Shown: positions 41,059-54,500, counted from the first letter of the stretch. The stretch is DNA of 64,000 bases from Octopus sinensis (GCF_006345805.1 NC_043000.1:101680001-101744000), one strand, 5' to 3'. Notes: generated by a model not told the origin, from the letters alone. Translations and numbers: made by a program.

Positions 41059-41344
41059 TATTGTGGTTAGAATACAAAACCAATGACAAAGTACTATAAA
41101 TGGCAAAAACAAAAGCAATTTTATCAGATACCATCAAAGAGAAAAAAACTAAAATATTTTGGAAATTTAATTAGAAAAAAAAAACTGGTTTGCTAAGATT
41201 GGTAATGGAAACCAAAATGAATTGGAAGGGGGAGAGGAAAAAACAAGAATTATATACATGGATAATAACAAAAAATTAGACAAACTTAAAATACCATTCC
41301 ATTAAGCTCTTTGCTTCCTACGGCTATCTTCTGTGTGTGTGTAT

Positions 41345-41401
<57 letters not shown>

Positions 41402-41972
41402 AGATGGGTTTAACCCTAGGCATAGTGAGAGCCACTGATGGGCATTGTGTTAAGCTTCAAAATGCAAAATCATCGATGATCTGGCTATATTTATAACTGT
41501 AGGGAGCTTGTCTCCCTTATTAGCTTATTACGATAGTGCTTCTGTGGCTATTGAATTGTTTTGACTCTTATTTCTAGCAATACTGGTCCTGATTAGTGCC
41601 CTTTGATCACTTCAGTAACATATATATGTATGTATATAAGTAAATGTCAAGCACACACACACACACACAAGACTGGCTCTTTAATCTTTTGTCTACCAAA
41701 TTATATAGAATCTACCTGCATCCCATTTTTTCTTGTGATTTCTCTTGTTCCAGTGTCCTGACTTATAAACTGAATAGGCCATGTGCACAGACACCCAAAG
41801 ATTGCTTGGAGACACAAGGCATGTTATACAAATCTGTCTAGAATCATGTCTCCAATACATGACATTATTAGTTATACTGTGTACATTAAATAATATTTAT
41901 CTTTCACTGGGTGGAGTACTTTTTTGTTGTTGATCTTACCTTAACAGAACAGTAAACACTCTCTCTCTCTTT

Positions 41973-42012
<40 letters not shown>

Positions 42013-42014
<2 letters not shown>

Positions 42015-42305
42015 AGGCGCAATGGCCCAGTGGTTGGGCAGCGGACTCGCCGCCGAGGGATCACTGCTTTGATTCCCAGACCGAGTATTGTGTGTGTTTA
42101 TTGAGTGAAAACACCTGAAAGCTCCACGAGGCTCTGGCAGAGGGTGGTGGCAACCCATATTGTACTCTTTCGCCACAACTTTCTCTCACTCTCTCTTCCT
42201 GTTTCTTGAGTAACACAGCAATGGACTGGTGTCCTGTCCAGCTGGGGGGAACACATACGCCACAGAAACCAGGAAACCAGGCTAGGCTTGAAAAGGGTGA
42301 CATTT
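42013..42305 (+). mobile_element. tRNA-derived SINE family D inserted in (TA)n
   Basis: ggaggcgcaatggcccagtggtt head; gcaatggactggtgtcctgtccag core; similar to rc(14848-15143). Confidence 0.85.
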
Positions 42306-42309
42306 ATCG

Positions 42310-42312
<3 letters not shown>

Positions 42313-42379
<67 letters not shown>

Positions 42380-42444
42380 TATATACATATATATATATAT
42401 ACACATATATATATATATATACACACATATATATATTATATACA

Positions 42445-42495
<51 letters not shown>

Positions 42496-42526
42496 TATAT
42501 ACATATATATAGATATATATACATAT

Positions 42527-42562
<36 letters not shown>

Positions 42563-42563
42563 C

Positions 42564-42596
<33 letters not shown>

Positions 42597-42655
42597 ACAT
42601 ATATATATATATATATACATATATATATACATATACATATATATATACATATATA

Positions 42656-42754
<99 letters not shown>

Positions 42755-42770
42755 CATAATATATATATAC

Positions 42771-42821
<51 letters not shown>

Positions 42822-42843
42822 CATATATATACATTATATATAC

Positions 42844-42884
<41 letters not shown>

Positions 42885-42965
42885 TTATACATATATATAT
42901 ATATTATATATATATATATATATTATATATATATATACATATATATATGTGTGTGTGCGTGTATG
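42313..42965. repeat. Long interrupted (TA)n microsatellite
   Basis: Directly visible. Confidence 0.95.
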
Positions 42966-44869
42966 CATTTGTGAATGTGTTTGTATCTCCTTGCCTTGAT
43001 TTTGCATGCCAGCTGTAAATGAGTGTCACCGCCAGACAAGAGTAGTGTTATTCATTTCCAATATTCAATGAAAACATGTCTGGCCAAAGAAAAATATGAA
43101 AATGTTACCTTGCTGAGAAAAAAAGGAGAGGGTTGATGACAGGAAGGGTATCCAGCTGCAGAAAAACTGCTTCAGCAAATTGTGTCTGATCTTGCAAGCT
43201 TAGAGAAGTGGACATTAAAACAAAGGTATTAGTCATTGATTTAAAATCAAGTTTTCTGTCATTGCATATTTATTTCAAGTTATCATGAAATATATATGTC
43301 CTGACAAATACCAAATATATTAACACTAACACATTGTTTGCTTTGAAATAAATAGTGTCTCTGAATTATTTATTTTCTCTATAAATATTCAATAGGATAT
43401 GTAGAGAAATATATACAGAATTATCTTAACATAAACGCAACTGAGTAAAAGTATTCATTTGGTCAGGTATTACGATTATGATTTCACTTTTTAACCTTTT
43501 GTTGATTTTGGTCTTTAATACTACATCAGATTTTAAGGGTTTTGGTCGATTTATAATTTCGTCTAATATACATTCTATTGATCTATGCCCTTTAGTATTT
43601 TGAGTTTGTCATTTATCATGAAATATTTCTCTTTTTAAGGAATTGCCTTTGCTCAGGAAGTAAATACCATACAAAGTTTATACTACAATGGTATACAAAG
43701 ACACATACATACACATAAAATGCATACACATGTAAGTAGCATTCATGCATACATACATATGTATGGATGTGTTTGTGTGTGTGTATGTGTGTGTGTGAGT
43801 GTGCATACACATATACTTTTATGTATTTGAGTAGTTTATTCTTGGTTATGGCCATAACTGGTCAGAAAGTTACCATTGGTTTCACATTTCTTATTGTACT
43901 GGACAGTGTTGATGACTCATTAGGCATGCTGGACAAATGACCATTATATATATATATATACACATACACACACTCTTACACATACACACCACACACAGAT
44001 GTCTTACAACTTGAGTTTCATGCCATCATGACACACAATTTCAATTTCCCTTACTCTCTACATGTATTGAACACTTTTCTGTCCTTCATTTGATACAATT
44101 CTGTTTTTATGTTGGGATTCATAAAATAAGTACCAGTTGAACACTGGGGTCAATTTAATCAACTTAGCACCCAACCCTAAAATTGCTGACCTCATGCCCA
44201 AATTTGAAATCATTATTTTCAAGGCAGTACTCCAGCATGATCACAGTCTAATGACTGAAACAAGTAAAAGATAAAAGCAATCTCCATCATACAAACAATA
44301 TTATTTGTTTCAAATTTTGGTACAAGACCTTTTTCTTTACTACCCATAAGGGGCTAAACACACACAACAACAACAACAATGAAAAATACCTTAGGAATGA
44401 GAACCTAGGTTCGAAATTTTCCCAAGTTGAAGGCTGGAGGGTATATCAGCCAAAACGTTGTGTTAGCAACAAACAAGATGAGGACAAATACCTGTCAAAT
44501 ATAAATAATGTAAATAATGAAAATAATGCATTATTAATTTAAAACAATATGAATGAATAATCATTATGTTTGGCAGAAGAATTTGAATGTGAAAGGGTTA
44601 AAGCAACTCACTTCACTCTTCTTGAACCTTACAGCATGGTTTGGTAGTTAGGAAGCTTACTTCCTAGCCACAAGGATTTGGGTTCAGTTCTTTTGCATGG
44701 CAACTTGGGTAAATGTGTTGTACTCTGGCTCTGAGCTAATCAATGCCTTGTCGGGAGATTTGGTCAATGGAAGCTGAAAGAAGCCCATCATATTTATGAG
44801 CATATGTGTATGTGTGTTCATGAAACCCCCTAGCCTTAATATCATGCAATTGTTGTAAGAGAACTCTTT

Positions 44870-45092
44870 AAGGTGGTGAATTACTTGAATCATTAGTGCA
44901 CTGGACAAAAATGCTTAGCAGCATTTCTTCTGTCTATATATTCTGAGTTCAAATGCTACCGAAGTCAGCTTTGCCTTTCATCCTTTTGGGATTCATAAAA
45001 TAAGTACCAGTTGAACACTGGGTCAATTTAATCAACTTAGCACCCAACCCTAAAATTGCTGGCCTCATGCCCAAATTTGAAATCATTATTTT
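44870..45092 (+). mobile_element. SINE family A
   Basis: Head, B box and core present. Confidence 0.8.
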
Positions 45093-45202
45093 CAAGGCAG
45101 TACTCCAGCATGATCACAGTCTAATGACTGAAATAAGTAAAAGATAAAAGCAATCTCCATCATACAAGCAATATTATTTGTTTCAAATTTTGGTACAAGA
45201 CC

Positions 45203-45438
45203 TTTTTCTTTACTACCCATAAGGAGCTAAACACAGAGAGGACAAACAAGGACAGACAAACGGATTAAGTCAATTTTATCGACCCCAGTGCGTAACTGGT
45301 ACTTATCTAATCGACCCTAAAAGGATGAAAGGCAAAGTCGATCTCGGTGGAATTTGAACTCAGAATGTAGCGGCAGGCGAAATACTGCTAAGCATTTCGC
45401 CCGGCATGTTAATGTTTCTGCCAGCTCGCCGCCTTAAC
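45203..45438 (-). mobile_element. SINE family A, full length, nested in an older family A copy (~45175-45645)
   Basis: Imperfect ~21-bp TSD tttcaaattttggtacaagacc (45181-45202) / tttaaattttcgtacaagacc (45441-45461). Confidence 0.85.
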
Positions 45439-45987
45439 GGTTTAAATTTTCGTACAAGACCACCAATTTCAGGGGAGTGGGTAAGTCATTTAGATCGATC
45501 CCCAGTGCCCAACTGGTACATTTTTTATTCCCATCAAAAGGATAAAAGACAAAGTCAACCTCAACAGAATTTGAACTCAGAATGTAAAGACAAACGAAAT
45601 GCTGTGAAGCATTTTGTGCTGACGATTCTGTGAGATCACTGCCTTAAGGGAAATCTCAACCAGCTTGCATACAACTGGGGGTTGCCAACTGGGAAGGCAT
45701 CTAGCCATAGAAAATCTACTTCAGCAAATTCCATCTGACCCATGATGGTGATGATGACAATGACAGCAACAGCAGTGATGACGACAGACTTGCCTCTACT
45801 TATATATCAAATGACATGTTTGATAGGTTACACACTTTCAAAGATTACAAATTTAGACCCTGCTAATTTCAATTATACTTTTGTAGAGTTTTAAACATCA
45901 TATTATTCTAATTTTCTTTTACTTCATTTTGAGCTAATGGAATAGTCTCTAATTTCAACTGGGGAGGCTTCAAATTTTTCCTTCTAC

Positions 45988-46071
<84 letters not shown>

Positions 46072-47047
46072 CACACACCACACACACACACAAACATATA
46101 TATATACATATATATATATTAATGTTTGTACTGTATTTTATTCATTTATATCATTCCTTTCTATCTTTCTCTCCACACACACACACACATCCGCACGCAC
46201 ACATACAAAGAAACAAGAAGCAATTATGGATGCATTTTTAATTTATTTGAAAAATGTTCAAAGAATTTAAGTCTTACTTATGGGAAAATACAGTTGCATT
46301 ATTGTAAATATTCTCTCTATCTCTCTCTTTCATGGAGTTTCTCCCATTCTCTCGATTTCTCTGTCTGACTCTCTTTTTCTCTCTGTCTCTGTATCACTCT
46401 CTCTCTCAGTCTCTATTATTATGCATCATTTTCTGATGTCATCAGTCTATACGTGTGGTGGCAATTGTCTTTGTCTTTTGTTATTTGTTCTTAGTTCTTC
46501 ATTTTTATTTTCAACAATTATATTTGCATTGCAGTAACTGGTTCATGTAAGTTGACTGTTTGCCACATGCAATCCACACTTGTTCACTTACATTATGTAA
46601 CCTCAGAATGAAGACCCCTATATCTATTTGCTAGTGTGTTAAAAAATAAAATGACATACACATCTTTGTTCAATTGCTTTATATTAAATACGATATTATA
46701 TTCATCTATTTCAGTACTTAATTACGCATGCGAATACATATTTGCTCAATTGAGTTGGAAATAGAAATTCTATTTTCAGAAAAGAAAACAATATGCTGTT
46801 GTGATGTTCATGTATTTCAATGTAACGTTAATTACATCCGTTTTTATGTTCTAAGTTCAAATTCCACCAAAGCTGACTTTACCTTTTTCATCCTTTTGGG
46901 GTTGATAAAATAAGTTCTAGTTGAGAAACAGGGTTGATGTAATTGATTCACTCCGTCCCCAAATTTGCTAGTCGTGTATCAAAATGTGAAATTAATTGTA
47001 ATGTTAATTGAAGTATCTAGAAACAGGAACATCATGAATTCATCAGA

Positions 47048-47312
47048 CTAAGTTACAAAGATGTAAACACACCAATATCGGTTGTCAAGCATTGGTGAGG
47101 GGACAACCACAGACACGGAGATGCACACATATAAATATACATACATATATATATGACAGTCTTCTTTCAGTTTCTGTCTACTAAATCTACTCACATGGCT
47201 TTGGTTGGCCTGAGGCTATAGTAGTAGACACTTGCCTAAGGTGCCATGTAGTAGGACTGAACCCAGAACCATGAGGATGGGAAGCAAGATTTGTACCACA
47301 CAGCCACACCTG
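47048..47312 (-). mobile_element. SINE family B
   Basis: Reverse-complement match. Confidence 0.85.
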
Positions 47313-47339
47313 AACTTTATTAGCTTACTGCTGTTTCTT

Positions 47340-47417
47340 CTATAAGATGCTATTAGGTGATACACAAACACTTAACTTTGAAGGTATTGCATCTTGTAGC
47401 CGAAACAGCTGTAACCT
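47340..47417 (+). ncRNA. Decayed hammerhead motif, same family as 20369-20450
   Basis: ctataaga-t-GCTA...TAGC-c-GAAA-C-AGCT-G-TA; downstream gtactc(g/a)actaa...gagttct(a)acaccagg.tatta shared with 20512-20572. Confidence 0.5.
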
Positions 47418-49040
47418 AATGAAGCTTATTACTCAGATTTCTTGTTACCTTGTCATTTATATAATTTTTTATTACACTGTGTACTCAACTAATGCTTTTT
47501 GCAAAACATATGTATAGTGAGTTCTAACACCAGGCTATTAATGTGGCTATATATCTATGTACATGTATTCCATTCCATTCCATTCACCTTTACCAGTCTA
47601 TAATATCTCACCATACTATAGTGTCTCTGTTTATATTGGTACATTCAACAAAAGAACCACATGGTATTTAAATGTTTGCTTTCTTTTACACCAGTGTTCT
47701 GGTTGTATTTCATATCTTATGTACTCAACGAAATAAATACCAAGCAAAGCACTGTCATCAATACAATCAATTAAAACACTTGAAGGCAGTGCCCCAGCAT
47801 GGCCAAGAGCACATGTTACAGCACTACCTTTTACACTGTTGTTTTCTCACTAGGCTCATTTGGAAACTAGTGAAAGAATAAAAGAATAAAAATAGTGAAA
47901 ACTTGTCATAGTGCCTGATTTATTTATTAAGTTTTGTCTCCCTTTCTTCCTCCCGTGCAATAATATATGAGAAGTTATGACTGCATTTCGATAACTAAAG
48001 GTAGTAGACATACATATTCTTGGTTAATCTAAATATATCTCAGGTGTTTGAATATATCTTGTAAACAAACCAGAGATCAGTTAGCCAAGCTTAAGACTGG
48101 CATGTGATAAGTTTTTACTTGCATTCTCTCAATTGTATTATCTCAGTTGTATTATCTCAACAGAAAACCAACCTCGTTAATCATTTCTGTTGTACAACTA
48201 TAGAAAGAACTGTATGTTATGTGTATATATGTGTGTGCATCTTTGTGTGTTTGTGTGTGTGTGTGTGTATGCATGTGTGTATGCGTGTGTCTGTGTCTGT
48301 GTCTGTTTTACATGTTACAATAGTGAACCGTGTTATGTCAGTTTCACTTCTGAGTAGAGTTGTGACTATTTTGCTGATATGATCTGTCTACAAAAATTTC
48401 ATGAGACGTCTGTCCTGTCCATTCTTTATCATCATCATCCAGTGTTTTAAATCTGGGGACAATGCCATAGCAACTGAGATAGGCAGGTGCAGCCCACCCT
48501 GACCTTTGGGCTGGCTGGTACCCATTCTTCTTTGCTATCATGAGACTTTTTGGAGCTGGATTTTCACTTGTTCTCAGCCAGTTTAATTACTAATTGCAGC
48601 TAGCTGTAGTCTCCATCCAATGAAAAGTGCATTTCTTGTACTTCTACTACAACATTTGTGACTTATAGTCACAGGCATGACTGTGCAGTTAAGTAAGAAG
48701 TTCCCTTTTTAGCCACATGATTTTGGGTTCAGTCCCACTGTACAGCATTTTAGGTTGGAAGGTTGTCATATGTATCACCATCGTCTTTTAACATCCATTC
48801 TTCATGCTGTGTCCATCTGGAGAGCTCCCTCGGTTCTGTTTGTCTGTTTTGATTTTGTTTCTATTGGTTGGATGCCTTTCCTAATGCCAACCACTCTACA
48901 GAGTGTGTATAACTCTAATGAGTTATACACACTCTGTAAAGTTACTTAATTAGTTTGTTACCTAACACTCCATTGTATTCTTTACACAAAACCAATTGGT
49001 AAGACTCGGCATGATTGATATTTAATACTATACATTTCAG

Positions 49041-49093
<53 letters not shown>

Positions 49094-49133
49094 AAATTGA
49101 TAAGGCATTAAAACAGAATGACTCTTCCCAGAC

Positions 49134-49211
<78 letters not shown>

Positions 49212-49324
49212 TATATACACATATATATGTATGCATCCATGTGTGTGTGTAAACATATGTATGTGTGTATGTCTTCATGTTTTTCACCATCATCACCACT
49301 TGATAACTGGTATTGGTTTGTTTA

Positions 49325-49556
49325 AGGTGGCGAGCTGGTAGAAACGTTAGCACGCCGGCAGATATGCGTAGCCGTATTTCATCTGCCGCTACGTTCTGAG
49401 TTCAAATTCCGCCGAGGTCGACTTTGCCTTTCATTCTTTCAGGGTCGATTAAATAAGTACCAGTAACGCAGTGGGGTTGAAGTGATTGACTTAATCCGTC
49501 TGTCTGTCCTTGTTTGTCCTCTCTATGTTTAGCCCCTAGTGGGTAGTAAAGAAATA
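49325..49556 (+). mobile_element. SINE family A, full length, inserted in a family B tail
   Basis: 16-bp TSD ggtattggt(t/c)tgttta 49309-49324 / 49557-49572. Confidence 0.9.
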
Positions 49557-49619
49557 GGTATTGGTCTGTTTACATCCCCCAGAATCTAGCAGTTCAGCAA
49601 ACAGGCACATTGAGTTGGT

Positions 49620-51575
49620 TGGCAGAAACCTAAAAATGCACTTACAATTTATTCTGAAATGTCTCGTATCTTCATATTTGTACATGCATAAAAGTTTGCA
49701 TGAATGCATACATATATAGAAAAGAAAATAAGGAACAAGAAGTTTAATCTTGGCCAATCAGCCATTTCCAAAGATATCAAAGAAAAATCACTGAATGTCA
49801 CCAAGGCATGTACCAGGTGCTTTTTTGGTGCTTTTTACAAAGATAGGCATTCATTCTAGAGAAAAATCTGGAGTGAAGGAAAAGAGTTTAATCAGGATGT
49901 CGAGTGATAAGGAGAAATACAAAAGAAATATTTCCCTTGTATTATGCCAAAAGAATACAGCTGCAATGGCAAGACTGTTGAGACTATAATCCCAAGACTT
50001 TCAGGATAGCAAAGTATCAGGAATAGACTTTATCTGATACTAGTACAAATGACATACTGTTATTAGTAGTATCTTATTAACCATTAGCAACAAGCTCTTA
50101 ATGGAGTTATAATCATACCAAGCTGGTTGGTGCTAGCTGGTTGCCAAAACAAAACAAATGCCCCACAGTAATGCCGCTCATGTGGTATAAAACTATTGAC
50201 TAATTGCATACCAGTATCTCCTTCATAAAATATAGTCAGCCTGTCCAAATGTATTTATCCAGAATCACTGTGATAATTGATTAAACAGTTAAGAAGAAAG
50301 GAGTTTGAGAATATGTTGAACAACTTTAACTATGATGCCGAAGATATTGTAGTTTGGATCACAACAAAGTATTGAATTCTGTTTCCTACTCATTGACACT
50401 AAAACGCCTTCAATTTGCTAAAGTTCCAGATACATTATCAGTGGGTAAACCAATCAGACTTTGCCCAAGGCAAACATCCTAAAGGTTAAAACATGAAGTA
50501 GTTTTATTATCACTGACACAATATATATTTCTTTACTACACACGAGGAGCTAAACACAGAGGGGACAAACAAGGACAGACAAAGGGATTAAATCGATTAG
50601 ATCGACCCCAGGGTGTAACTGGTACTTAATTTATCGAACCCGAAAGGATGAAAGGCAAAGTCAACCTCGGCGGAATTTGAACTCGGAACGTAACGACAGA
50701 CGAAATATGACTATGCATTTCGCCCGCCATGCTAACGATTCTGCCAGCTCACCGCCTTACATCACTGACAAAATATAGTACTGCAGGATATATTTCAAGG
50801 GAGCAACCTCACTATGATGCTATTTATACTTTCAATAAGTTCCTTTTTCTTTGTGTTAAGAAAATATGAAGGGTATGTAACTGACTCACAGGAAAACAGA
50901 AACACCAACCTCACACATGAACCCTTACCAGAAATATCCCTATGGACAGTAATATAGACTCTCTACTTAAAACAAAAACAAAATGGCTGAGGCTTAACAT
51001 TAATTCAAACAATATTTGAATGATTTATCAAACCCTTTTGATAACATCTACAAACCACAAAAAGTCGAAGTCCAGCCATGGATCAAGTCTATCTATGTAC
51101 ATAAAACTGACAGCATCATAGAGTTGGAAATAACCTTCTTCAGAAAGTATTTCCTGATTAATGACCAGAAATACATACCCTGATAATTTGTAAAACTCTA
51201 CCACAACAGAACATCAAAAGAAATGCTTTATACATATCAGCAGAAGGTCACATGCATGGCTGTGTTGCCAGAAAATTTCAAAGTAATGGCAACATAGATA
51301 ACCAAAGTACTCTGCACTGAACTAACAAGTGGGATATTAGCTCTAACTTCAAAGGGAGTGCATGCTTTTGCATTACAGGAAGAGGAAATAATCACAAAAT
51401 ACCTGATGCACAAAAGGGATAGGGGTGAAAGTAGACTACCAGATGTGACAATAGAGGTAGACTTTGTATAATTTACTCTGAGGATGTTAAGCACTTCATA
51501 AGTAGATGAACACAAGTGTCATCATAGTATTATCTGCCTATGAGGCTATATGATATGGCCCAAGCATTACACATT
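49620..51575 (+). mobile_element. Highly decayed R4/Dong-like (RLE-type) non-LTR retrotransposon
   Basis: Relic RT motifs LDHNKVLNSVSYSLTLKRLQFAKVP (~LDYKKAFDSVPH) and IFQGSNLTMMLFIL (~GIFQGDSLS); MHG...FALQEEEIITKYLMHKRD; relic CCHC RGRLC...EDVKHFIS...YYLPMR. 5' boundary uncertain. Confidence 0.7.
50526..50760 (-). mobile_element. SINE family A, full length, inserted in the R4-like RT
   Basis: 17-bp TSD atcactgaca(c/a)aatata 50509-50525 / 50761-50777. Confidence 0.9.
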
Positions 51576-51587
51576 GTTATTTCTCTA

Positions 51588-51712
<125 letters not shown>

Positions 51713-51953
51713 TCCGTTTTCAGTATGCAAAGGGACCATTTAAGGCGAATTCAAATTATTACATTATATAAAAGGGCTTAGTAAAATAAATTACTTTGCC
51801 GCATACTGAACTCGTTAGAAATAGCAGCTAAAAAAACTTTTTATAAAACTATTTCCAACACTTAAAGAAAACCTCTCTCATATAGTGTTTGCTCAATTCA
51901 ACTCAAGGAAGTATGGGGGTAGAGACATTAAAAAATCAAATGCAAAGGTTATT

Positions 51954-52006
51954 TGAGTACGTACGTTTCAAGATTAGTCAAAATCGACCCTTCTCTCATC
52001 GGCTCA
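51954..52006 (-). ncRNA. Minimal type-I hammerhead ribozyme (array copy 1)
   Basis: Reverse complement of the motif at 53323-53375. Confidence 0.75.
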
Positions 52007-52515
52007 GAATGCCCTTGTTTGAATTTGAAAACACTGAAAATGGGAGCATACCCTTTCGGCTTGTTATCGTTTCTGAAGATCTGCTCCAAACTAACAGTGC
52101 CAACAAACTCAAATATGCAAGCAAAGAATTTCTGCTCTCCCCTTTCCACCAGCGTGGGTTAAAATCAGCAACACTATGCTTTTTTCGGTAAAATCCGAGA
52201 CATTAAGTAGAGAGAGATGAATTATAATTTCAACAATTGAGGGTAAAATTAATTAATTAATTAATCAATTTCACCAAGTATTCAGTATGCAAAGGGACCA
52301 TTTAAGGCGAATTCAAATTATTACATTATATAAAAGGGCTTAGTAAAATAAATTACTTTGCCGCATACTGAACTCGTTAGAAATAGCAGCTAAAAAAACT
52401 TTTTATAAAACTATTTCCAACACTTAAAGAAAACCTCTCTCATATAGTGTTTGCTCAATTCAACTCAAGGAAGTATGGGGGTAGAGACATTAAAAAATCA
52501 AATGCAAAGGTTATT

Positions 52516-52568
52516 TGAGTACGTACGTTTCAAGATTAGTCAAAATCGACCCTTCTCTCATCGGCTCA
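52516..52568 (-). ncRNA. Minimal type-I hammerhead ribozyme (array copy 2)
   Basis: Same motif, +562 bp. Confidence 0.75.
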
Positions 52569-53322
52569 GAATGCCCTTGTTTGAATTTGAAAACACTGAA
52601 AATGGGAGCATACCCTTTCGGCTTGTTATCGTTTCTGAAGATCTGCTCCAAACTAACAGTGCCAACAAACTCAAATATGCAAGCGAAGAATTTCTGCTCT
52701 CCCCTTTCCACCAGCGTGGGTTAAAATCAGCAAACACTATGCTTTTTTCGGTAAAATCCGAGACATTAAGTAGAGAGAGATGAATTATAATTTCAACAAT
52801 TGAGGGTAAAATTAATTAATTAATTAATCAATTTCACCAAGTATTCAGTATGCAAAGGGACCATTTAAGGCGAATTCAAATTATTACATTATATAAAAGG
52901 GCTTAGTAAAATAAATTACTATTTACTATTACTATAAGTTGCTATTTCTAACGAGTTCAGTATGCGGCAAAGTAATTTATTTTACTAAGCCCTTTTATAT
53001 AATGTAATAATTTGAATTCGCCTTAAATGGTCCCTTTGCATACTGAATACTTGGTGAAATTGATTAATTAATTAATTAATTTTACCCTCAATTGTTGAAA
53101 TTATAATTCATCTCTCTCTACTTAATGTCTCGGATTTTACCGAAAAAAGCATAGTGTTTGCTGATTTTAACCCACGCTGGTGGAAAGGGGAGAGCAGAAA
53201 TTCTTCGCTTGCATATTTGAGTTTGTTGGCACTGTTAGTTTGGAGCAGATCTTCAGAAACGATAACAAGCCGAAAGGGTATGCTCCCATTTTCAGTGTTT
53301 TCAAATTCAAACTAGGGCATTC

Positions 53323-53375
53323 TGAGCCGATGAGAGAAGGGTCGATTTTGACTAATCTTGAAACGTACGTACTCA
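53323..53375 (+). ncRNA. Minimal type-I hammerhead ribozyme (array copy 3)
   Basis: TGAG-CCGATGA-GAGA ag GGTCG attt TGACT aa TCTT-GAAA-C GTAC G-TA|CTCA; predicted cleavage after A53371. Confidence 0.75.
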
Positions 53376-53885
53376 AATAACCTTTGCATTTGATTTTTTA
53401 ATGTCTCTACCCCCATACTTCCTTGAGTTGAATTGAGCAAACACTATATGAGAGAGGTTTTCTTTAAGTGTTGGAAATAGTTTTATAAAAAGTTTTTTTA
53501 GCTGCTATTTCTAACGAGTTCAGTATGCGGCAAAGTAATTTATTTTACTAAGCCCTTTTATATAATGTAATAATTTGAATTCGCCTTAAATGGTCCCTTT
53601 GCATACTGAATACTTGGTGAAATTGATTAATTAATTAATTAATTTTACCCTCAATTGTTGAAATTATAATTCATCTCTCTCTACTTAATGTCTCGGATTT
53701 TACCGAAAAAAGCATAGTGTTTGCTGATTTTAACCCACGCTGGTGGAAAGGGGAGAGCAGAAATTCTTCGCTTGCATATTTGAGTTTGTTGGCACTGTTA
53801 GTTTGGAGCAGATCTTCAGAAACGATAACAAGCCGAAAGGGTATGCTCCCATTTTCAGTGTTTTCAAATTCAAACAAGGGCATTC

Positions 53886-53938
53886 TGAGCCGATGAGAGA
53901 AGGGTCGATTTTGACTAATCTTGAAACGTACGTACTCA
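53886..53938 (+). ncRNA. Minimal type-I hammerhead ribozyme (array copy 4)
   Basis: Identical motif; predicted cleavage after 53934. Confidence 0.75.
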
Positions 53939-54447
53939 AATAACCTTTGCATTGATTTTTTAATGTCTCTACCCCCATACTTCCTTGAGTTGAATTGAGC
54001 AAACACTATATGAGAGAGGTTTTCTTTAAGTGTTGGAAATAGTTTTATAAAAAGTTTTTTTAGCTGCTATTTCTAACGAGTTCAGTATGCGGCAAAGTAA
54101 TTTATTTTACTAAGCCCTTTTATATAATGTAATAATTTGAATTCGCCTTAAATGGTCCCTTTGCATACTGAATACTTGGTGAAATTGATTAATTAATTAA
54201 TTAATTTTACCCTCAATTGTTGAAATTATAATTCATCTCTCTCTACTTAATGTCTCGGATTTTACCGAAAAAAGCATAGTGTTTGCTGATTTTAACCCAC
54301 GCTGGTGGAAAGGGGAGAGCAGAAATTCTTCGCTTGCATATTTGAGTTTGTTGGCACTGTTAGTTTGGAGCAGATCTTCAGAAACGATAACAAGCCGAAA
54401 GGGTATGCTCCCATTTTCAGTGTTTTCAAATTCAAACAAGGGCATTC

Positions 54448-54500
54448 TGAGCCGATGAGAGAAGGGTCGATTTTGACTAATCTTGAAACGTACGTACTCA
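54448..54500 (+). ncRNA. Minimal type-I hammerhead ribozyme (array copy 5)
   Basis: Identical motif; predicted cleavage after 54496. Confidence 0.75.

Noticed and set aside
52073-52135. Second, opposite-polarity hammerhead starting at CTGAAGA in the array unit
   Set aside because: No convincing stem II followed by GAAA and no stem I/III; an ambisense viroid-like ribozyme pair is not supported.
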